Notes under the pieces: model-generated
Told to the model about the DNA's origin: nothing
What the model saw: the letters and a program-made list of their open reading frames with translations, nothing else
The model's database searches: none
Origin: Macrostomum hystrix
Taxonomy: Eukaryota > Animalia > Platyhelminthes
Assembly: GCA_950097015.1 (NCBI GenBank)
Contig: CATNEN010000039.1
Coordinates: forward strand, 7,068,001-7,132,000
Direction of reading: 5' to 3'
DNA length: 64,000 bases
Made by a program: the position numbers and the translations under genes
In this document: in pieces, positions 1-13,769 of the stretch
Layout: the number at the start of each line of letters is the position of its first letter
Position numbering within the stretch: the first letter of the stretch is position 1

Positions 1-364
1 CATTTGCTAAAGTACATAACTCGACGTTTAAGTATTCCATGATAAACATTTTACATTGTCATACACCAGCTGAAAGCAAAAATATATTTGTACTATACAC
101 ACTGTACACCTAGACCTGGTAGTATAGTAGGCCTAGCCCACTGCTACAATTTTGACTTCTGCATCAAATGAATAATGAATCTGCATCAAATTTTAACATA
201 TCATTTGTCCTGGGCTAATGGGTCAAATGTGGCTCCAATAAAAAATGCCATGTCAGGAACACCAGTCTAGAAACTTTTGCAGCACTACTCATATATCTTT
301 CACTGTGTGTTGGATGCCAGAAACAATTATTTGCCTAATGCATCAGATTTTGCTGTGCTTATCC

Positions 365-1001
365 GGTAACAGGACAATTCGGTAACAGACAATTCGGTAA
401 CAGACAGTTCGGTAACACCACAGGACAGTTCGGTAGGGCCTAACATATCAAGGTACAGTTCGGTAACAATTGATTAAACTGGATCGGAAGGGTTCTTTGC
501 GAAATTATTTTATATTTAGTTCGGTGAAGTTACAAAGTAAAGTCAATAGCACTTCGAACCATATTTAGCTTTTCGAAATATGAGTATAAGGTTGCATTTT
601 GCATGTTACATATTTCACATTTGGGCGTCAAATAGTGACAATGTACCGTCATCAAGTCATTCATACAGTCATCAAAAAAGGCCAAATTTCGTGTGATCAC
701 ACAATTTGCACTAATTTTTCATCCCTTTTGTATACATCCCTTTGAACGAGCCTTTACCATACTTGCACACTCTAAATGACGTGTCAGTTTCAGATACATC
801 AGTAACATCAGTCAGTTGTGTCCTAGCAACGATAGTAGAAACATTGTTAGAACAAACCTAGATTGATTTTATTGACTTTCAATTGTTACCGAACTGTCCC
901 CAGTGTGTTACCAAACTGTCTCCTGTATGTTACTGAACTGTCCTTGAGTGTTACCGAACTGTCTGTTACCGAACTGTCTGTTACCGAACTGTCCTGTATT
1001 C
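365..1001. mobile_element. Non-autonomous MULE/Foldback-type DNA transposon (MITE) with tandemly repeated TIRs
   Basis: Left end GGTAACAGGACAATTC with (GGTAACAGACAGTTC)n; right end (GAACTGTCTGTTACC)n..CCTGTATTC is the inverted copy. The direct repeat GCTTATCC flanks both ends (357-364, 1002-1009). No ORF. Confidence 0.85.
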
Positions 1002-1984
1002 GCTTATCCCATGGTCCCATGCTGATAATTCATATCCTGGTTAATTTGTCAACTAGCTATTTCTAAATTAAGTTAATAAATTAACTAATGTTTTTGGTCT
1101 CATTTATATTGCAGTTGACTAAGTGACTAAACTAGTTCAAGTTAAGTTTTGTAATGTAAGTTTTAATGGCTAATGTAATGACTCTAAAGCAGAAATTAGT
1201 GATTTCATCATAATTTAATTTCCTGTAAGTTACTCTTGTAAATTGTGATAAGTGCATAATTTTATTGCTTACATATAAATATAATGTGTTTCTATAAAAA
1301 ATTAAAATAGTATATACTATAACAATCTTAACAGAATGTCATATTTAGTGAAAATATTAAATCACCAATTTCAAGATTTTCTATGAATAACTTTTTGTAT
1401 TAGCCAAACAGGCGTCTTGCCTGTAAATTGTGCAACTAGAACAAACTGCACATTAAACAGCAGAGCAAACTTTGTGGTTTATTTATAGTTTTTTTACTAT
1501 TGCACACATATGAGTGGGGCCTTTGCTGGTTATCATACATGTGCAACATCCTAGCCAAATCTGCCTGCTGAAACAAGTACAAGAGAAACCAAGGAGATAA
1601 GGATATTGGACTAAAGAATTGTGTTCCTAAGTCATAAAGAGAGCAAAGAAACCAGCTAAGTTGTAGGTGAGGTAATACTAATTGAGCCACAGCTATTGTG
1701 TGGTCTATCTGAAGGCTGCATATGTGGCTGTTTATACACATTTTTCTTTTAGCTAGCTTACCACGCTTGTATATTGTCTTAGCCTAAAGTCGAAAGTAAA
1801 TAAGATATGCAATTATTTTTATTTGTACATTTTTTACTAACAGCGACTATGAACCTTATCAGAACTGTCAAGGTCTTTACTTAGGCCCTGTAATTAAACC
1901 TTCCTGCTAGGCTCATGCAGAAAGCATTGGCATTTTCTATTGATGCAAGATAATTTGAATTTTTATGAAATGTTCTTATTACAG

Positions 1985-4168
1985 ATCAGTTCGCGTTCTG
2001 CTTCGTCGAGAGAATGGCCAGTTTTGGCCTAGTGTTTGTCAATTCCTATCCAGTGAGTTTTTGTGTTGATGAATTCTTCATTTAGTAACGTTTAGGAAAG
2101 AGTAGGCCCTACGGCCTGCAGTGTTCTTATGTAAGTCTAATTCCATGCGAAAATAATTAACGCAGAAATCACACGCCTTAGCAGAGTCCAAGTTGCGAAA
2201 TTATAGGCTATTTTTAGCCTTTAGAAGGTCTGACGTCACTCTCTTCACAGCCAATCAGATTTCACCTACCCAAATTCGCATGATAGGCGCTTGCAGTAGC
2301 CTCGCCTACTCCGAAGAGTCTCGCAGCCTGTTTGTCGGCTGCGACTCGGGCTCCGTGTCGGAATTCGCCCTAGCCGAAGATTACAATAGCGTTGAATTGC
2401 GCCGCGAATATCAGGCTCACAATCAGCGCATCACGGCCTGCGTGCACGCCCTGCATCAGGAATGGCTGGTGACCGCAGCCAAGGATCGTTACCTGGTTTG
2501 GCACAGCACACAGACTGGCAGGAGGTGCGGCAGCTACTTGGCCGGAGCTCCTTGCACTGCGCTGCAGTATGACCACCCGACTAGGTGCGATTCTGTTTAA
2601 TTCAGCTGGCTTTCTAAATTCTAAGGACCCATTAGTTATAGCGAGTCGGGAATCGAACCCTGACATTTAAGCCGACACCCTAAACTAAACCATTCAGAAT
2701 AATGCTGTAGTAACGTGAAATTTTAAGGTTTCTTGAATTTTGAACTTTGGATATAAGAAAAAAGGTTTTAGTTTTAATTACATGATCGCTGCAGACAGTG
2801 GCGCATCATTTGGTGACAGTAGACTCGCAGCCAGGAGCCAGCTAGGAGGCAATTCTGCATATTTCGCTGAGCACACGTGCACACATACCGTACGCAGGCA
2901 CGCTCACGCAGGTGTGTACATCTGCCCTGACTTTCTCATCGTCAGGCAGTGTACACTTTCACTGAGCCTTGACGTGTTTGACCGCTCTGCCAATCACATC
3001 GAACATAGGGAGGGATACGCAAGCTTTTTAGTACGGGCCCCACATTTTCAACATTCCTGTTGGACTTTGCGGCACAATGCTGAATCTGTAATCAAATATA
3101 ATGCAGGTACGCGTTCCTAGCCGATCAGTCGGGCGTTGTCACCATCCTGCGTCTAACGGAGAACTCACTGGAACTCATCAACATCCTGAAGGGCCACTCC
3201 GCTGGTGTCACCGACCTGGCCTGGGATGCCAGGCGCAGTCAGCTCTATTCCGCCTCGCAGGACAACGCCGTCATCATGTGGGACATTGGCGGCGGCGAGG
3301 GAAAAGCCTACGAACTGCAGGGCCACCGGGGCGCCGTCAATAGCCTGGTGTTCGCCACCACCTCCAGGGAGTGTATTTCAGGCGGTGCTGACGGCAATTT
3401 GGTGAGACTCTGAGCCTCATTCTTGACCTGTGTGGACACCCTAATCTACCCCCAGGTGTGTGTTCCATCCCAATCTCCCCCCAGGTGTGTGTTCCATCCC
3501 AATCTCCCCCCAGGTGTGTGTTCCATCCCAATGTCCCCCCAGGTGTGTGTTCCATCTTCACCGGTGTGTGTTCCATCCCAATCTCCACCGGTGTGTGTTC
3601 CACCCCAATCTCCACCGGTGTGTGTTCCACCCCAATCTCCACCGGTGTGTGTTCCACCCCAATCTCCACCGGTGTGGAGATTTCAATATTCCCCATCCAC
3701 CCACCCCAGCTATTCTGGTGCATCCCAGTCTACCCCACCCACCAACCCCAGGTATTCTGGTGCATGTCGGTGCCGCGCCGGGAGACGCCCAGTTGGTCCG
3801 AGTCGGACGTCTGTGGCAAGTGCGGCACTCCATTCTTCTGGAATGTGCGCAAGATGTGGTCGGATCGTCGCATCGGTTCTCGTCAGCACCACTGCCGCCG
3901 CTGCGGCGCAGCTGTTTGCGACGCCTGCTCCCAGCGGCGCACCGCCCTGCCGCCAATTGGCTTCGAGTACGCCGTGCGTGTCTGCGACGACTGCCACGCC
4001 GTGGTGACGCCGGAGGACCTGACTCCGCTGGCTGTAGTCTTCGAGGCCAAGCAGGAGGTGCTAAAGCTGGCGCTGTGCGAGACCCGCCGTTGGCTGCTGA
4101 GTCTAGGCCGCGATGGCACCGTGAAAGTGTGGGACCTGGCCTCCGTGCTGCAGCCCAGGTCCGATTGA
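1985..4168 (+). CDS. WDFY2: WD40-repeat and FYVE domain protein (WDFY1/2 family); first coding exon(s) not found, probably left of the window
   Basis: Phase-compatible GT-AG exons 1985-2052, 2287-2584, 3107-3401, 3752-4168. Translation includes SVRVLLRRENGQFWPSV, GH..WD repeats (LKGHSAGVTDLAWD, VIMWDIGGGEGKAYELQGH) and the FYVE domain WSESDVCGKCGTPFFWN..RQHHCRRCG..VRVCDDC. Confidence 0.93.
2787..2971 (-). mobile_element. 3' fragment of tRNA-derived SINE family B, in a WDFY intron
   Basis: Shares GTGTACATCTGCCCTGACTTTCTCATCGTCAG and flanking sequence with 38053-38240. Confidence 0.7.
3445..3751 (+). repeat. Intronic ~27-bp minisatellite plus a 42-bp duplication of the splice acceptor
   Basis: Units CCCCAGGTGTGTGTTCCATCCCAATCT (~9 copies), then CCCCAG/CTATTCTGGTGCAT (3710) duplicating CCCCAG/GTATTCTGGTGCAT (3752). 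Confidence 0.9.
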
Positions 4169-5214
4169 GTTCGAAATTATAATTCGAAATTTGGTCTGTT
4201 GACAACTCGTTTGTTTTTCATTCAAAGTTTCTATCCCAGATCACAGGGCACTCTGATTCCTCATTATCCGCATTTTATCTCTCTCTAACTAATAATCCTC
4301 ATCCCTAGATTAAAATACTAAATAGTAACTTTAGAAAGACCTCGCTATTTTTCCCCGAGGAAAGTCCGCGGCGCAATTTCAACTACCCACTTCACGATAG
4401 GCTCCCAAGGTTATTTAGAGGCCCAGGATTTGATATGCGAAAGTTTGGAATCTTCAGTCTACACCTTATGAATTATGGATATCAAAACCCTGCTCCTTAG
4501 CCGTGAGTTCCGAGTCCCTCATACTTTACATTCTGAATCTCGTCATCGTATTTCATAATCCAGAGAGTAAGCCAAGGCCCTAATGATCAACCATGCTGTT
4601 GACCGCTAAGAAATTTCTGAATTCAGATTTGTTGCAATACAATGCTGTCCTATAATTTTATTTTTTAAGTTGACATTCATTTGTTCATTTTGATTGCTTA
4701 TGAACAGAAGAGAATTGTTGTTTTACTTGAATTTGCTTGACCTGGTTTAGTAATGTCAGTTATCAGGCCAACTGGTCACAAATTGATTTCCCGTGTGTCC
4801 TTCTGTTGTATATTTAAGTAGTATGTCAAGCTTATTTTTCATTGTATTTTCATCTAAACAATTGCAAAGGATAATTATAAAAAAATTTTTATGTCTATAA
4901 AGAACTTTCTTAGAGTTAGTTTTCAGCCTTTGCTTTGAGTGAGCAAAGATATGACTATAAGCTATAGAGAATTTTGTTCGAAGCGTTTTGTATCTAAATT
5001 GTTTTGATTTAATTGTTTTAATCAACGGTAGTAAATCTCACATGCTTCTTTTATTTTTTCTCCAATACACGATCGAAAATAATTTTCTGTTTTAAAGCGG
5101 TGACTTGCGGTAACTGTAATTGTGCTTGTCTCATTTTACCGTTCTTAAAGGCATCGTTTTATTCTGTTCTGTACATTTGTCCCTTCTTAAATGTTGATAG
5201 CTCGAACATAAACT

Positions 5215-6040
5215 GAAGTTCATAAAGGGTCTAGGGTAGGGACAGTGCCAGTTCAGGAAGGGTCTAGGGTAGGGACAGTGCCAGTTCAGGAAGGGTCTAG
5301 GGTAGGGACAGTGCCAGTTCAGGAAGGGTCTAGGGTAGGGACAGTGCCAGTTTATGAAGGGTCTAGGGTAGGGACAGTGCCAGTTCAGGAAGGGTCTAGG
5401 GTAGGGACAGTGCCAGTTCATGAAGGGTCTAGGGTAGGGACAGTGCCAGTTCAGGAAGGGTCTAGGGTAGGGACAGTGCCAGTTTATGAAGGGTCTAGGG
5501 TAGGGACAGTGCCAGTTCATGAAGGGTCTAGGGTAGGGACAGTGGCAGTTCATGAAGGGTCTAGGGTGGGGACAGTGGCAGTTCATGAAAGGTCTAGGGT
5601 AGGGACAGTGCCAGTTCATGAAGGGTCTAGGGTGGGGACAGTGGCAGTTCATGAAGGGTCTAGGGTAGGGAAAGTGCCAGTTCAGGAAGGGTCTAGGGTA
5701 GGGACAGTGCCAGTTCATGGAGGGTCTAGGGTGGGGACAGTGCCAGTTCATGAAGGGTCTAGGGTAGGGACAGTGCCAGTTTATGAAGAGTCTAGGGTGG
5801 GGACAGTGCCAGTTCATGAAGGGTCTAGGGTAGGGACAGTGCCAGTTCATGAAGGGTCTAGGGTGGGGACAGTGCCAGTTTATGAAGGGTCTAGGGTGGG
5901 GACAGTGCCAAATTATGAAGGGTCTAGGGTAGGGACAGTGCCAAATCATGAAGGGTCTAGGGTAGGGACAGTGCCAAATTATTAAGGGTGTAGGGTAGGG
6001 ACAGTGGCAAATTATGAAGGGTGTAGGGTAGGGACAGTGC
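5215..6040. repeat. 33-bp minisatellite (~25 copies)
   Basis: Unit GAAGGGTCTAGGGTAGGGACAGTGCCAGTTCAT. Confidence 0.95.
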
Positions 6041-6481
6041 TGTTAGTGCTGTTAGGGAAGGCTGTTAGTCGTAGGAGGAAAGATAATTAGCTTCTTGTTA
6101 AATATCAGAAGATAGATAAGTTTCAGAAGATTGTTTATAATAATCTAATGAATTGAATATATGCATATTGTTTATTGTTCAGTTTGTACTGTAGCAAACA
6201 TTTTAATTTGTACTTTTTTCTTGAAAAAAGTCGTATTTTCTCCTCCTTTGGTTTTTCTGAAGTGTTCTTTGAAATTACGCAAATAATTTTGGTTTTTTAA
6301 CATTATAAACATTTTCAGAAACTTCCCAATATTCTGATGTTGATTATTGTTGATATTTCGTGTACTTTTATAGCACACACTTTTGAGGATTTCTGTCCAT
6401 ACTTTAGTGGGAATTACGTGAACATCAATGAAATATTCTATTGAAATGCTAAATTCTAATGCAGACGGGAAATTACAGTAT

Positions 6482-6832
6482 CAGGATCCGCAGCTAGAAT
6501 CGTAGCAGGATTCGCAGCTAGAATCGTAGCAGGATCCGCAGCTAGAATCGTAGCAGGATCCACAGCTAGAATCGTAGCAGGATCCACAGCTAGAATCGTA
6601 GCAGGATTCGCGGCTAGAATCGTAGCAGGATCCGCAGCTAGAATCGTAGCAGGATCCGCAGCTAGAATCGTAGCAGGATCCACAGCTAGAATCGTAGCAG
6701 GATCCACAGCTAGAATCGTAGCAGGATCCACAGCTAGAATCGTAGCAGGATCCGCAGCTAGAATCGTAGCAGGATCCGCAGCTAGAATCGTAGCAGGATT
6801 CGCAGCTAGAATCGTAGCAGGATCCGCAGCTA
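6482..6832. repeat. 24-bp minisatellite (~14 copies)
   Basis: Unit CAGGATCCGCAGCTAGAATCGTAG. Confidence 0.95.
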
Positions 6833-7870
6833 AAATCTTATTTACTTTCCATCACTATTGAAGGTCTAGCTATTGGCATCCTTAGACAATGCTTTTGATG
6901 CCTTCTTAATGATAAAGCTTTTGTTTTCCTTGCGCCGATAATCTTAGCTTCGATATGTTAACTGCTAGTAAGCTGGCATCACTGATTCAATATTTTGTGT
7001 TGTCATTTTCTGTGCGCGAACTTGGTTCGCCTACTTGAAGTAGTTAAGTTGCGCACTGTTTGGTCGATAGAGCCAATTATCAGCGTTTTAATACGGAAAT
7101 CACGGTCGCGTCTTATGCAAAAAAGTAATAAAATATTTTAAATACAATATATTATTCAGAGCTTGTTGCTTGACTAACAAAAGTTCAACCTGATTGACTT
7201 AATCGACTCATTGATCGACTTTAGCCCCAGTGCCGTTGTGCTGTGCGAGTTAGTTTCGCAATTCCAGCTGAGCCTTATTGGTCATTGAATTGATTGCGTG
7301 GACCAACAGGGGGCTCCATTTGAGCAGACTCAATCGGTAGAGAAAGCGCTGCAGAGTTTTAAACTGCATGAATTTGTTCAGCATCGACCCGCAGAACCAA
7401 ATTGTTTTTCTCAGCTATTTCCTTCTGCTTGACCATCTGTTAGTCTTCTCAATGCTATGCTAATAATGCCTATTAATATCATGCGCATGCCATGCTACTT
7501 GCAGTAGCGTTCCGGTATCTAACTTTTGCTAGCGAATAGAATCGCAGCTTCTGGACCAACTAGAATACGATTGCTAATACTCAGCCAATACGGGAGGTTG
7601 CTTACAGGAGATCGGCATGAACTGGGATTAAATGATCAGGCTAATATCCCTACTCCTTAGTGATCCCCGCACTATATTTCACTGTGCAGCTGGGGCTGCG
7701 GCATTTTCCAAAACACCTGCTCTGGACGGTGATCACACAGCGTCTCAGGTGAGTTGCTTGTTCCCCATGTTATTTAGGGATCTTATTAACATCTGGGCTT
7801 CCTGTTTCGAATCTTGGCTGAAGATTCCCACATTTGGGTTATGCATTGACTAGGGATTTATGCCATTGTT

Positions 7871-8012
7871 ATCTAGACCGACTGGGGATCTGTGTATTTA
7901 GGATCTAGACCGACTGGGAATCTGTGTATTTGGGATATAGACCGACTGGGGATCTGTGTATCTGGGATCTAGAGCGTCTAGGGATCTGTATATTTAGGAT
8001 CTAGGCCGTCTA
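7871..8012. repeat. Short degenerate ~32-bp tandem repeat (~4 copies)
   Basis: Unit TCTAGACCGACTGGGGATCTGTGTATTTAGGA. Confidence 0.8.
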
Positions 8013-8527
8013 GGGGTCTATCTGAAAAAAGATTCTTAGTAGAGAATCTACTAAGAATGACAGCTAACTTAAGTGGGCCATGCCATCTGGCGGCAAAGCT
8101 GCTACTTTTGGGAAGACTAAGGAGAAACCCTTTGATCAGCAGTTTCATGGCCCCCTCGAGTAGTGCCAACAAGTTCCAAATTTAAATCGATAAAGCAAAA
8201 ATACCACGTTGAAAAACACGCTTTAGAAATTATAACTAACAGTTGTGGCACTTGCTCCTATTTTGACCCCAAAGCACTCTCAGATGAGAAATGCCTTGCA
8301 GCACACCCAATTAACTGCTTGCCGCCAGCCTCTCAAACAGCCTCCATCATCAAACAAACCGACAGTTGGCCGCATCTCCCGCTGGGGCAAATTGGGACTG
8401 GCCGCGGACGAGCTGCGCCGGCTGGAGTAGATTGAAATTGGAGGCTGGCAGAGCGAAAGAATTTTATGCAACTCGCAGTGTACTAACTGCTGGGCATACA
8501 GCAGATACTAGCCAATGAGAATTAACA

Positions 8528-9392
8528 AGACTAGGACTGACAGACTGGGGACTAGGACTGACAGACTGGGGACTAGGACTGACAGACTGGGGACTAGGAC
8601 TGACAGACTGGGGACTAGGACTGACAGACTGGGGACTAGGACTGACAGACTGGGGACTAGGACTGACAGACTGGGGACTAGGACTGACAGACTGGGGACT
8701 AGGACTGACAGACTGGGGAGAATAGGACTGACAGACTGGGGACTAGGACTGACAGACTGGGGACTAGGACTGACAGACTGGGGAATAGGACTGACAGACT
8801 AGGAAGACTAGGACTGACAGACTGGGGAGAATAGGACTGACAGACTGGGGAGAATAGGACTGACAGACTGGGGAGAAAAGGACTGACAGACTAGGAAGAC
8901 TAGGACTGACAGACTGGGGAGAATAGGACTGACAGACTAGGAAGACTAGGACTGACAGACTGGGGAGAATAGGACTGACAGACTAGGAAGACTAGGACTG
9001 ACAGACTGGGGAGAATAGGACTGACAGACTGGGGACTAGGACTGACAGACTGGGGACTAGGACTGACAGACTGGGGAATAGGACTGACAGACTGGGGACT
9101 AGGACTGACAGACTGGGGAGACTAGGACTGACAGACTGGGGAATAGGACTGACAGACTGGGGACTAGGACTGACAGACTGGGGAGACTAGGACTGACAGA
9201 CTGGGGAATAGGACTGACAGACTAGGAAGACTAGGACTGACAGACTGGGGAGAATAGGACTGACAGACTGGGGAGACTAGGACTGACAGACTGGGGAGAA
9301 AAGGACTGACAGACTAGGAAGACTAGGACTGACAGACTGGGGAGAATAGGACTGACAGACTAGGAAGACTAGGACTGACAGACTGGGGGACT
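8528..9392. repeat. 21-23-bp minisatellite
   Basis: Unit GACTAGGACTGACAGACTGGG with G/GAGAA variants. Confidence 0.95.
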
Positions 9393-10170
9393 ATGAGCGT
9401 AGGAGTGTGTCATACTGAATCATCCTGAGACTGAGTTTCTTGCATAGACAAAGAGCTCTAGAGTGGCAGATGAACATTGGAGTTATGACTAAGAGAAGGC
9501 CAAGTGCAAGCCATCTGAGAATAGAGCAGGTATGGGACAGGTACGAGTGCATGTGACAGAGATGCCATGTCCAATCGATTCAAACCCTGGGGCGAGCTCT
9601 TCCCATCATTACTGGCGGTGTTTCCGCACTCGAGCGTGACCAAAGACCAGCTGGCGCAGATGATCCGCTGTCGCCGCGGTAGTGCCCATGCTGAGAATTG
9701 ATGAGTACTTAGTTAATTCTAGTTTACATTTGCGGCATGTTGTCAGCGGATGTTTCCTGGAATCCGGGCGCCAGTATGAATGTGGAATTTGCTCCGTGAA
9801 TTATGGATCGAAATCGATCTGCCGGACAGTCTGAAGACAGGTCCCACGGATTCATTCAATTTACACGCTGGGCCCTCTATCCACCTCTCTCATCTCGATG
9901 GGCCCATTTTTTCTTCTCGCACTAACTCACTCACAGTCGGCGTCATTTTGAGCACTGTGTGCTCACATCTCTCGGCGGCCCCGTGAATGAAGTGTGTAAG
10001 AGCCTGCTATGGGAGAGGATAGAAATAAATGCTGATAGGGTGGAGAAGATGGGGCTGGGCTGGAAGGCACGCCCCGGGCATTTTCCAGTTCTTCTGAGCC
10101 GAATTCGGCTAGGTCTGGATGGTGCCACCGAAGCTGCCCCGCGGGCGACAGCTTCTGAACCAGCCGGCAG

Positions 10171-10217
10171 AGAAAGAGAGAGAGAGAGAGAGTGTGTGTG
10201 TGTGTGTGTGTGTGTGT
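10171..10217. repeat. Compound (GA)n(GT)n microsatellite
   Basis: Read directly from the sequence. Confidence 0.95.
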
Positions 10218-10911
10218 AGCGGAGTATTGCCGTTTGGAACTTTTTCCAGCTCTCCACGGATGAGGAAGGAAGCTGGCGGTCAGCCTGGCGGGGGGAGGGC
10301 GTTCCCCGAGTGTGGGATGATCGCGGCCGAGCTCGAGACAGAACTGGGAAGAGGAGTTGGCAGCGGGGCAGAGTTATCCCACACGGCCAGATGCCAGCCT
10401 TCTGGACTAGAAGAGAAATACTTGAGTAGCAAGCAGAAAGTGGCAGAACAGCTTGCGGGTTAAGCGAAAAGGAACGAGAATACAAACTTTTATTCTCGTT
10501 CAAGTTTCAGTTCTTCTGTTAACAGCTGATATTTTTAGTACATGTCCATGCCGATTTTTCCTTGTCGATTTTCGACTTATTGTTAGATTTTAAACTTGCC
10601 TATGTCCACTTACTGAGCCACAGGGCGTGTGTTGCAAGTCCATCTGTGCCTTGCAGCTCTCCGATCTCTGTCAGCTAATACTAGCGTTCGCCCGCGAGAA
10701 AATTCCATTAGAATCGCTAGCATCGAAAGTTGCGATTTGCATTCGCTTGAAGTCAATGCTGAGCGAGAGGACAGAAAACATTGTTAGGACTTTGGCCCAG
10801 CTCAATGGTCCAAGCACTGCTAGCCGGAGCTTGAGCAGACAAGCAGATTCAGAAATAGAGAAATGAGCTGACTCGATAAGCGAGAGGGACTGGAAAGGGA
10901 TGGACGATATA

Positions 10912-11450
10912 GAGGGGACAGAGGGGACAAAGGGGATAGTGGGGACAAAGGGGACAGTGGGGACAAAGGGGACAGTGGGGACAAAGGGGACAGAGGGGGA
11001 CAAAGGGGACAGAGGGGACAGTGGGGACAAAGGGGACAGTGGGGACAAAGGGGACAGTGGGGACAAAGGGGACAGAGGGGGACAAAGGGGACAGTGGGGA
11101 CAGAGGGGACAAAGGGGACAGAGGGGGACAAAGGGGACAGTGGGGACAAAGGGGACAGTGGGGACAGAGGGGACAAAGGGGACAGAGGGGGACAAAGGGG
11201 GACAAAGGGGACAGAGGGGACAGTGGGAACAAAGGGGACAGAGGGGACAAAGGGGACAGAGGGGACAAAGTGGACAGAGGGGACAAAGGGGACAGTGGGG
11301 ACAAAGGGGACAGAGGGGACAAAGTGGACAGAGGGGACAAAGGGGACAGTGGGGACAAAGGGGACAGAGGGGACAAAGGGGACAGAGGGGACAAAGGGGA
11401 CAGAGGGGACAAAGGGGACAGAGCTGGGACAAAGAGGACAGAGGGGACAG
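10912..11450. repeat. 9-bp G-rich tandem repeat
   Basis: Unit GGGGACA(AA/GA/GT); open in several frames, giving false collagen-like ORFs. Confidence 0.95.
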
Positions 11451-11914
11451 GGAGAATATAAAACTGTATAACAGGTGTGAACCGGCAAAGGCCAAGTCTT
11501 AGAAATTGCTGGGTAAAAAGTATTTCACTGAAACAGTAGCGAGTTAGTGCGGGCTGCAAGGCCGGTCAAGTTTGGGGTGACATTTGAAAGTGAAAAATGG
11601 CTTTCCTTAGCTGGATCCTGTGGGGCAGCTGATTGAGGGGGGTTGTATTATCACAGCAGTCCTGTTACAGCAGTAGGATTGGAAAATTGGCACTGCCCAG
11701 TTAATTGACATTCCGGAGCCAAACCAGCGCCTTGCAGCGCCGCAAAGTTGCCATTTTTGTTGGATTTCCGGTGGATAAAGCCTTCCGCGAACATCTTGCG
11801 AATTCTTCATTTATCCCCACTTTCTATGCCAACTTTTACCTGATAAATCAGGAAATTCCATCCGATTTTTCTTAAAAATCCAAGTCTCTTAAATGTTTTT
11901 TTTCATGTAAGGCT

Positions 11915-13345
11915 GTTTTCCCTTCATTCTCGAGTCAGTTTTCCATTCATTCTCGAGTTAGTTATCCCTTCATTCTCAAGTCAGTTTTCCATTCATTCTC
12001 GAGTTAGTTATCCCTTCATTCTCGAGTCAGTTTTCCCTTCATTCTCAAGTCAGTTTTCCATTCATTCTCGAGTTTGTTATCCCTTCATTCTCAAGTCAGT
12101 TTTCCCTTCATTCTCGAGTTTGTTATCCCTTCATTCTCAAGTCAGTTTTCCCTTCATTCTCGAGTTTGTTATCCCTTCATTCTCAAGTCAGTTTTCCCTT
12201 CATTCTCGAGTCAGTTTTCCATTCATTCTCGAGTTAGTTATCCCTTCATTCTCGAGTTAGTTATCCCTTCATTCTCGAGTTAGTTATCCCTTCATTCTCG
12301 AGTTAGTTATCCCTTCATTCTCGAGTCAGTTTTCCCTTCATTCTCGAGTTAGTTATCCCTTAATTCTCAAGTCAGTTTTCCCTTCATTCTCGCGTCAGTT
12401 ATCCCTTCATTCTCAAGTCAGTTTTCCATTCATTCTCGAGTCAGTTATCCCTTAATTCTCAAGTCAGTTTTCCCTTCATTCTCGAGTCAGTTATCCCTTC
12501 ATTCTCAAGTCAGTTTTCCATTCATTCTCGAGTCAGTTTTCCCTTCATTCTCGAGTCAGTTTTCCCTTCATTCTCGAGTTAGTTATCCCTTCCTTCTCAA
12601 GTCAGTTTTCCCTTCATTCTCGAGTCAGTTTTCCCTTCATTCTCGAGTTAGTTATCCCTTCCTTCTCAAGTCAGTTTTCCATTCATTCTCGAGTCAGTTT
12701 TCCCTTCATTCTCGAGTCAGTTTTCCCTTCATTCTCGAGTTAGTTATCCCTTCATTCTCGAGTTAGATATCCCTTCATTCTCGAGTCAGTTTTCCCTTCA
12801 TTCTCGAGTTAGTTATCCCTTAATTCTCAAGTCAGTTTTCCCTTCATTCTCGCGTCAGTTATCCCTTCATTCTCAAGTCAGTTTTCCATTCATTCTCGAG
12901 TCAGTTATCCCTTAATTCTCAAGTCAGTTTTCCCTTCATTCTCGAGTCAGTTATCCCTTCATTCTCAAGTCAGTTTTCCATTCATTCTCGAGTCAGTTTT
13001 CCCTTCATTCTCGAGTCAGTTTTACCTTCATTCTCGAGTTTGTTATCCCTTCCTTCTCAAGTCAGTTTTCCCTTCATTCTCGAGTCAGTTTTCCCTTCAT
13101 TCTCGAGTTAGTTATCCCTTCCTTCTCAAGTCAGTTTTCCATTCATTCTCGAGTCAGTTTTCCCTTCATTCTCGAGTCAGTTTTCCCTTCATTCTCGAGT
13201 TAGTTATCCCTTCCTTCTCAAGTCAGTTTTCCCTTCATTCTCGAGTCAGTTATCCCTTCATTCTCGAGTCAGTTTTCCCTTCATTCTCGAGTCAGTTTTC
13301 CCTTCATTCTAAAGTCAGTTTTCCCTTCATTCTCGAGTCAGTTTT
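11915..13345. repeat. 23-bp minisatellite (~60 copies)
   Basis: Unit TTTTCCCTTCATTCTCGAGTCAG with recurring variants. Confidence 0.95.
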
Positions 13346-13769
13346 CAGTTTTTCTTATATTTCTCTTCCTTCTATTTCATTTTGCTCAAATTCTTTAGCC
13401 AAACTTGAAGTGGTCGGCAATGAGTTTTTCTTGTTTCGGCGCCAAGACCACATTCTGCTGAGTTCCAACTGCAGCAGTCTTGACAAACATCTCAAGCAAT
13501 CCACTAGCGTGTATTGACCCCTGCATGTTTTCACAAAGAGAATTCCGAAAAACAGCGCAGCCGCTTCAAGAGCGTAGCGGGCACCCTCATTCGTTTGCTC
13601 AGAGTCTGAGCACAACGTACTGCTCAGATGAATTATTGATGATTTTTTTGGACCAGCACACTGCGAATTGCGTGACTAATTTGTCCTAAAACTTTCCTAT
13701 TTTTTCTTAAAGCCTTAATCTGAACAATCGCAATGTCTTTATTTACAGTTCATTATTGTCGTCATGTTG

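Noticed and set aside
7250-10870. Exon-like GC-richer islands between arrays (for example 7660-7748 bounded by AG/GT, and 9600-9830)
   Set aside because: No consistent reading frame or recognisable protein could be assembled. They may be UTR or non-coding exons, but RNA data are needed.
10671-11559. Collagen-like Gly-X-Y ORFs (GDKGDR, GTKGTV, GQRGQR)
   Set aside because: A 9-bp DNA repeat that is Gly-periodic in all three frames, with frame-breaking indels, no synonymous variation pattern and no signal or terminal domains.
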